Below, piece after piece: positions 57,901 to 64,000 of a DNA stretch of 64,000 bases (positions are counted from its first letter, which is position 1; every line of letters starts with the position of its first letter). This DNA comes from Fimbriosthenelais zetlandica. Taxonomy: Eukaryota. The stretch covers positions 18,662,001 through 18,726,000 of the forward strand of contig OZ365112.1 in the NCBI GenBank assembly GCA_977030845.1, in the 5' to 3' direction. A program made the position numbers and the translations under genes. Under the pieces are notes generated by a model. The model did no database searches and was not told the origin of the DNA. It saw nothing but the letters and a program-made list of their open reading frames with translations.

Positions 57901-58414
57901 TTTCTAAAGGAAAATTTCTCATTGAGTATTTCGACAAGTTAGACATTTCTCAAAGCTCAATACATCATTTTTGTAAACTCATAAACATGATATTCCGTGA
58001 GGGGCGGTACCAGGCCCAGAGGCAGGAAGGCATAACGTTTGAGCTTCTGATAATTTATGATAGTAATAAATTCGAAAAATCGATTCATAATGTGGAATTA
58101 GATGAATGATAGTTTTGAATACTAAGAATTAACCTGTATCCGTAAGGATAATACTAGAATAATTTTAAATAATGACGTCTTTTGGTACTAAATGCACCTA
58201 TAATCACCTGGCATATTTGGAGGTTACATCCTATACGTCCCCACAATTCAGTAATTATATAATCAGTCTCTTGTAGGCTCAATGTCGTCTCGTTGACCTT
58301 ACGTAAAGAGAATATGGCAGCAGCTGCATTCTGGTGGGTGTCAGGCTTGGCCTGGCAACCTCCAGCCACAAGAGTACATAATACAAGTCCTATGAGCAAG
58401 GTCCTGTCCATCAT
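51979..58414 (-). CDS. SLC39A12: LIV-1 subfamily zinc transporter, ZIP12/ZIP4-like, 823 aa with signal peptide and large His-rich ectodomain
   Basis: Exons 58414-58208, 56729-55992, 55322-55214, 55092-54985, 54863-54691, 54488-54314, 54186-54017, 53823-53727, 53531-53470, 53318-53232, 53013-52953, 52833-52681, 52533-52346, 52122-51979 (2472 nt). TM4 [15 protein letters not shown]5 [14 protein letters not shown] (HEXPHEXGD), PAL motif [14 protein letters not shown], three Cys-flanked ectodomain modules as in ZIP12. Family certain; orthology (ZIP12 vs ZIP4) less so. Confidence 0.92.
54273..54294. repeat. 22-nt sequence duplicated at 55660-55681 (small hairpin) in ZIP introns
   Basis: AAAGGATCATGTAATCGTGATC is identical at both sites; GATCATG/CGTGATC can pair around a TAAT loop. 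Confidence 0.7.
56217..56432 (-). repeat. Coding minisatellite: 4 x 54 nt encoding approx. [18 protein letters not shown]
   Basis: Units start at 56217, 56271, 56325 and 56379 on the + strand, near-identical, inside ZIP exon 2. Confidence 0.95.
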
Positions 58415-60317
58415 GGTCCAAGATACCTCCAGCCAGTGATAATCCCGTATGATAGCAATATTGTAAAATCACAATGGAAAAAGAACAGTTGTGTTCTTCT
58501 GTCCACGCGCAGCAGGGTTCAATACCAATGATCGATCCTGGCTTAAGAGGTATACCAGTCAAGGTAAGCGGGATTGCTTCCCATTAGCTGGCCAAGTAAG
58601 GAGTGAGTAGTGAGCAGAGTTTGGACACATGCCTATATATGGCCTATCACAGTAGATGGGCCAATGAATATACGTACCGCCAGTCCGTGATTCAAGCATC
58701 ACTAACCAAGCATGACCAGAAACCTTTTACAAGCCCTAACCATTCCAAACAATGTAAAATATTTGGGAGCAAGTACATTCCTCGGTATAGGGTACATCCT
58801 CCCATCACCTGAATGTAAATTTGAGTGACATTTTATAAAGTTAATGGTTGTGTCTGCCGGTCATTTCAACCTTCCTTAGCTATAAATGGTGAAGTGGTAC
58901 ATGGAGAATTCAGGGTCACAGTGAAATGTGAGCATAAGGACACCTCGTGTAATGTGAAGCACAGGTATGTTTTGCGCACTGACCTCTAGTAGTGTCTTCC
59001 CATATGTTAAGCTTGACTGGTATGTAGACTCGCGTGGAGTTAATAGACCCTATATTACAGCGTCTAACAAAGGTGGCGTCCGTTACAGATACAAATCTAA
59101 CGCTTTCATTAAGGATATTTATGTGCACACTAGTCAAAAATAGAATGGGATTTGAGTAGGTGTTATTTCAGCTGTGGAACAGTAATATACATTGGCCAGG
59201 TAAGACAAGGGAAGCATGGATTCTAAGCTGGGATTAAGAACAATCCTGGAAATAGAATACATTTTTGTAAGGGCCTTTACCGTGACCGAAATAAAGATTA
59301 ATGGCTAAGAGTTTAGAGCTGCAGTGAGGAGAAATTTAGTTTTTAATCTACCTGTGCAGAATCAACAGCAAAATTGAATATATTTTATCGTATATTTATT
59401 CATTTTTTATTTTTTTTCAACAGTCAACATTTACATTGCCATGGGCTGGTGTGGTCTATGCCACAGGAATTCTCAGCTCTACCTTCCCTCTCACTCATTC
59501 CCTACATGTTAAGACTAAGCCAGATCCTAGTAGAACTACGTTTCCACATGATCAAATGAAGACATGACAAGATGCTCGGTACAAGTACGTAATATCCAGC
59601 AATGTATTTCACAAGATCTCGGTACCTGACACACTCATTACTGAAGGACTTCCTCCCATGTGACTGAGGAAGAAGTGGTGGAACATTTTCCTGATATAAA
59701 CCTCGGGTGTAATATAAACATATGTATATAATATAGTTCAATTCGTGGCCTGAGTTTCATATGGCTTTATTTCTTTGTCCTGCTTCCTATCCGTGCCATC
59801 ACCTGTGTCGCAGTTCTGAACCGCTCCCCAGGGGGAACTATACATCAGTATTCCTCCGCAAAAAATGTGGATCCTGATTTACGAACTGTTGGTTTGAGGC
59901 GGTGACTCGTGGTAAGTGTTCCAATAAATGACCACTCAACCATGAGCAGGAGCTGCGGTAGTTGTGTAGATGCGACCGTTTTTATTACCAGATTCATCAT
60001 AAAGATTGGGTGGACTGGCAGAGAACTTTCCTCTTAAGGCTCCTCCACCCCATGCCTGTCATATTAAACCGATTCCTTCTATTTTTCATTCTCTTTAACA
60101 TTTTTTTTTTTACATACATTACACTGACATTTACATAAAAGATAAAAGTTATAATAATTGTGTTGCTGGCTCAGTTGATGCATTCTTTACTAGCACTGGT
60201 GAGAATCCTGTCAATCATGGAGAGCCAGGATGACCGGGTAGGTCTCAAGGAGACGCTATCTCACATTGTGAATGCCCCACTAACACACAGTGGGGAGCCA
60301 TTATAATAATTTATCTC

Positions 60318-63300
60318 TTAAACTGCTTCCTCCTCCTCCTCTTCCTCCTCGTCAGACTCTGTAAATGCAAGTAATTTCATTAGATATTCAGTTGACATGC
60401 AGAATGTTGCTCATGCTTCTTTTTCTACTTCGTTCTATCCAAGCTCCGAAAGGCGGATATCATCAAACGATTTCTTCTTGATACTAGCTGAAGTCATGAC
60501 TTTGTGTTACAATGTTTTAAGCACCAGCAGACTGAAGATGTCTTGACTAAAGGCTGGCCTAATTAGATCTCAATTTAGGGTTATTGATAATTGAAGGACT
60601 TTAGTCCAGAGAAGTGTAATTGGTCAGATATTTTTGTGAATTCTAAACTATATTGACGATTGTAGTTGTTCCTGGTACGATTTGTCGGCGGCAGGTTTTT
60701 CATGTCCGTTCTTTCAAAGGTGCGAGTCTCTCAATAATATGTGATGTGCTTTCATCGACTCATTATTCATTCATTAAAGAAAATTACCTCAATTTATAGT
60801 TTAGTATCCAAAGTATCAACTAACCTTCTTCCTCTGCATTCTGGAGCCATTCGACAAACTTGCGAGTCTGGTCAAGGAAGACGCTCTTGCCCTTAGCGCT
60901 GTGGGCGCCACGGTGCCACTTGAGGATTGTATCCTCGCTCAGCACGTCAGCTGTAAAGATGAAATAGATCACATTATAATCATTATACCAAATCATGGTC
61001 TATAAGTTTATAATATATACACCATCTATTAGATAATTCATCTTCAGACTCATTAGATCATTTTTGCTTTCATAAAAATCAAGCAAAATAGGGATATCGT
61101 CACAGGAATCGGGCAATTATCGTAAACAGATATAATATTCATACATCATCTTCACAAATAAATGTGCACCTTTTCTTTAAAAATTACAATTTTGCTTCTT
61201 GATTTCCTCAGACTCATTAGATCATTTTTGCTTTCATAAAAATCAAGCAAAATAGGGATATCGTCACAGGAATCGAGCAATTACAGTAAACAGATATATT
61301 TTTCTTAAAAAACATGTGTATGTTTGCTTTCCTCAGACTCATTAGATCATTTTTGCTTTCATCAAATTCAAGCAAAATTAAGGATATCGTCATAGGAAGG
61401 ATGTAATCAGACCTGTACAATAAATATTATACATTCTTGATGAATACTTTAACTTGCGTAGGTTACATGCTATTTAAAAAGATTTCCTCAGACTCATTAG
61501 ATCAGATTATGCTATCATCAGAATCAAGCAAAAAATTAACATCTTCACAGGAAAAATGCATTTAAATCAGGTACACTGAAGCATAACTAGGATATATGCA
61601 TAGAACATGACTGCGTTTCAAGACCCTCAGACTCATTAGATCAAGTTAGCTATCAGTACATATCAAGCTGAGATGATATCATCAGTGGGTCGAACTTCAG
61701 ACAGGTATTGTTTGGGTAAACAGGTTTCAATGTTTGTCAACGAACAATATCATTTGAAAGCAATATCAAGTAATTCTGAAAACATACCTTTGTACAAAAG
61801 CACTACTATCTTTTGGAACACCTTGAGAAAGTTCTGGTTCTCGTAGCAGAATTCCTGAATCTTCAGGAGAAGAGAAAGTTCGGACTTCTCTGTCTGGGTG
61901 AGAGCAGCCAGCACCTGAGCGTGGGATTTGAGATGTTTCAGAGCTTGTTCAGCCACCAGCTCCTCTTTCTTGTTCCATTCAACTGACGCCATAAGAGTTT
62001 GCCAAGCCTGCAGGATACAAAACAGTTAATCAGTTTTTTTTCGTCGAAAGTAACGGTTGAAGACATTTAACTGAGTATTCATTTCATCAGATTAGATCAG
62101 TTATAGGGGTTTATCCTCACAGATAATAAGACTGGGTATATCATCATATGAAATGATCTTAAATTAAATGTCCACAAAACCAAATTAGCAAAAGGTTACA
62201 TAGAATTATTAATCAACCAATTAATAGACCCGATTTTAAGCAAAGTTAATAACCTTTGAGTAGGGATATCAGCTATCAGCTTAACTCACCATAACTACGA
62301 CTTCGTGCTCGCTTATCTGATTCTTCTTCATGCTCTCCTTGATATGAGCAATGATTTCCTTCACTGGTTCCTCGTTACGCATCATTTCCTCCATCTGTTT
62401 GTGGAGCTCCTTCTTTACTTCCATGGTTGCTTTAGCACGCTGAAAGATCAAGTTAACAGTGAAATTAAAGCTGGCATATTTCAGATGACTTACAATACTC
62501 AAAACCATGAATTACTTTTATCATTTTATCAGACATTAAGAATAAAGATTGCTTGCATTGGCAGACATATTAAGAATAAAGATTGCTTGCATTGGAACGC
62601 AAAGGAACTTACTTGATAATCGCATATTTGACTCAGGCCTGCCCCCTGAAAGTGATTCTGAAAGTTGGCTAGCGTCCGTTTGTTGATGGGCAACAAATTC
62701 TGTAAGAAAAATTACAGGAAATATTAATATATTTCTAATGGTCTAGACATAAAATATCAGTTGGTTGATTATTAGAATGAATAACGTAATTTAATGCCAA
62801 TACATTACGTCCTAAGTAAAGTAATTTATGCAAATTAATCTTTTAAATATAGGGAACTCTTCCCTGCTATGCAATACAGATCGATATATCTACTCTGCAA
62901 ATTTATCCATATAAAGCACGTACCATTAATTTCCCCTCCAGCCCAGCACGTTTTAAAGTACTGGCTATGTTGCTTAGGTCTTTCTCCACCAACCATGCCT
63001 TAAACAGATCGGTAGCAAAGCTCAGGGCTATTCCTGCAAGAACAAATCATGCACACACCATGCGTTATTACGGCGGGTAAATTAATCAGATCTACCAACG
63101 ACATCAACTCACTGAGGGATACTCAACAAAGCAACCTCCAATTCCACCTCTGGTTAGAGGAATTGAATACAGAATACAGTATTACACCCATTACAACTTG
63201 ATAACTTACTAATTTTAGTATGTTGGAGTGGGAGGAAAAAGTACACTATAACTATGGTCGGTGTAGGGAGCCGGAAGCAAGTAGAGGAACCCCATGAAAT

Positions 63301-64000
63301 AACAGTATGGTTTCTTAAATATACACATGCCATTATAAAGGAACTGGGCAGGATGAGCTAAACCATTTCTAAGGTCTCTACATCCTCACCATGAGACTAT
63401 CGTCTATATGAGAGCGTTTCAACGTGGAAGATAAATGCTTGATGTCCCGCTCCCGTAACCAATGGCGGAAAACCTCAGTGGCAAACTAAGGATATTCCTG
63501 GAACAATGTGCCACAACTTTGTGTATTACATCGGGTTTGGGGACCGGCCACCCAGAAAAATTCTGATATTTTGCCTCAATATAAGAATCCTGTTATATTC
63601 AGAGGATTTTGTCTTCATTAGGTACGGATATGAAGCAAAAGAAAATAAGTACCGTCTTTGACGAGGTGATCCTCAAAGAGAGCCTGGAGACAGGTGGCAT
63701 TTCCCATGGCATTGGCCAGGCAGATGCCCATCACTGTCGCTAGCTTTTGCCGCTGTTTCTCATCGAAACCTTTGAGGAAGATGATGAGCTGTAGAGGAAG
63801 AAGTAAAATGATGCCGTCAGACAAAACCAATAAGACATTCTCTGCCACACCATATTTATTCAAGACAGCAATTCAGGATATTTTTAATTGTTAAATATTA
63901 ATGGATTATTTACAAGACAAAATTTTTGAAAATGCAGACAGATCAAAATATACCTTTTTAAGTTCATCTTCGAAGCTCCTCTCCAGGTATTTGTAGCGTC
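60318..64000 (-). CDS. BZW: Basic leucine zipper and W2 domain protein (BZW1/BZW2, eIF5-mimic protein), 5' truncated by the window edge
   Basis: Exons >64000-63954, 63788-63653, 63033-62924, 62699-62613, 62439-62290, 62007-61788, 60950-60825, 60358-60318 in consistent phase. [69 protein letters not shown] and an acidic tail match BZW/5MP. Confidence 0.96.
61039..61108 (-). ncRNA. Intronic box C/D snoRNA, SNORD57/U57-like (copy A)
   Basis: C-like box GTGACGA (61103-61097), guide TGATCTAATGAGT, D box CTGA (61047-61044), about 93 nt from the 3' splice site. Confidence 0.65.
61203..61272 (-). ncRNA. Intronic box C/D snoRNA, SNORD57/U57-like (copy B)
   Basis: TTCC/GGAA terminal stem, C-like GTGACGA (61267-61261), guide TGATCTAATGAGT, D CTGA (61211-61208); 67 nt identical to copy A. 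Confidence 0.7.
61328..61398 (-). ncRNA. Intronic box C/D snoRNA, SNORD57/U57-like (copy C)
   Basis: TTCC/GGAA stem, C-like ATGACGA (61393-61387), D'-like TTGA, guide TGATCTAATGAGT, D CTGA (61336-61333). Confidence 0.7.
61483..61553 (-). ncRNA. Intronic box C/D snoRNA, SNORD57/U57-like (copy D)
   Basis: TTTCC/GGAAA stem, C-like GTGAAGA (61548-61542), D' CTGA, C'-like TGATAG, 14-nt guide CTGATCTAATGAGT, D CTGA (61491-61488). Confidence 0.7.
61621..61692 (-). ncRNA. Intronic box C/D snoRNA, SNORD57/U57-like (copy E)
   Basis: GACCC/GGGTC stem, C box TGATGA (61684-61679), internal CTGA, guide TGATCTAATGAGT, D CTGA (61630-61627). Confidence 0.78.
62080..62155 (-). ncRNA. Intronic box C/D snoRNA with 18S-complementary guide ATAACTGATCTAAT (copy F, distinct family)
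   Basis: 7-bp terminal stem CATTTCA/TGAAATG, perfect C box ATGATGA (62147-62141), C'-like TGAGGA, D box CTGA (62090-62087) about 79 nt from the 3' splice site at 62008. Confidence 0.82.
62530..62595. repeat. Short tandem duplication (about 32-34 nt) in a BZW intron
   Basis: CAGACA(T)(A)TTAAGAATAAAGATTGCTTGCATTGG occurs twice back to back. Confidence 0.85.

Noticed and set aside
60242-60295. Small hairpins just downstream of the BZW stop (CCCCACT/AGTGGGG, GTCTC/GAGAC)
   Set aside because: Short stems consistent with chance; no known element matched.
60384-60470. TGATGA...CTGA pair on the minus strand in the last BZW intron, with a weak resemblance to a SNORD2-type guide
   Set aside because: D box is only about 28 nt from the 3' splice site, there is no clear terminal stem, and the rRNA complement has mismatches.
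62757-62775. ATCAACCAA-CTGA (minus), an 8-nt complement to the 18S 5' end
   Set aside because: Too short and no C box at a suitable distance.
63360-63500. U17/snR30-like words AAACCAT, CAACGTGGAAGATAA and ATATTCCTG on the + strand
   Set aside because: m1/m2 order is reversed, there is no terminal ACA, and they are antisense to the host gene.
1-64000. tRNA, rRNA, CRISPR arrays or prokaryotic defence systems
   Set aside because: None seen; the window is spliced eukaryotic DNA.

Overview
Intron-rich, AT-rich animal genomic DNA. An invertebrate deuterostome, possibly an echinoderm, is inferred only from motif composition. Four protein-coding genes were reconstructed exon by exon with consistent splice phases: LMBR1-family membrane protein (+, 4062-9952, 14 coding exons, 498 aa, one U12-type intron); class I myosin of the Myo1a/Myo1b type (-, 17363-29541, 27 coding exons, 1062 aa, with a 14-nt microexon and a GC-AG intron); LIV-1 family zinc transporter most like ZIP12/ZIP4 (-, 51979-58414, 14 exons, 823 aa, with a 4x54-nt His/Asp/Glu repeat); and BZW/eIF5-mimic protein (-, 60318 to beyond 64000, 5' part outside the window). 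The most striking unannotated signal is in the BZW introns: five tandem box C/D snoRNAs in one intron with a SNORD57/U57-type guide (18S Am99-equivalent), plus a different C/D snoRNA in the next intron whose guide is shifted by 4 nt. That guide would methylate a G where human 18S has A103. All six guides carry the same C, which predicts that the host 18S reads GCUCAUUAGAUCAGUUAU. rRNA and human reference sequences were compared from memory; no searches were run. About 22 kb between the myosin ATG exon and the ZIP 3' end contains no recognisable gene.
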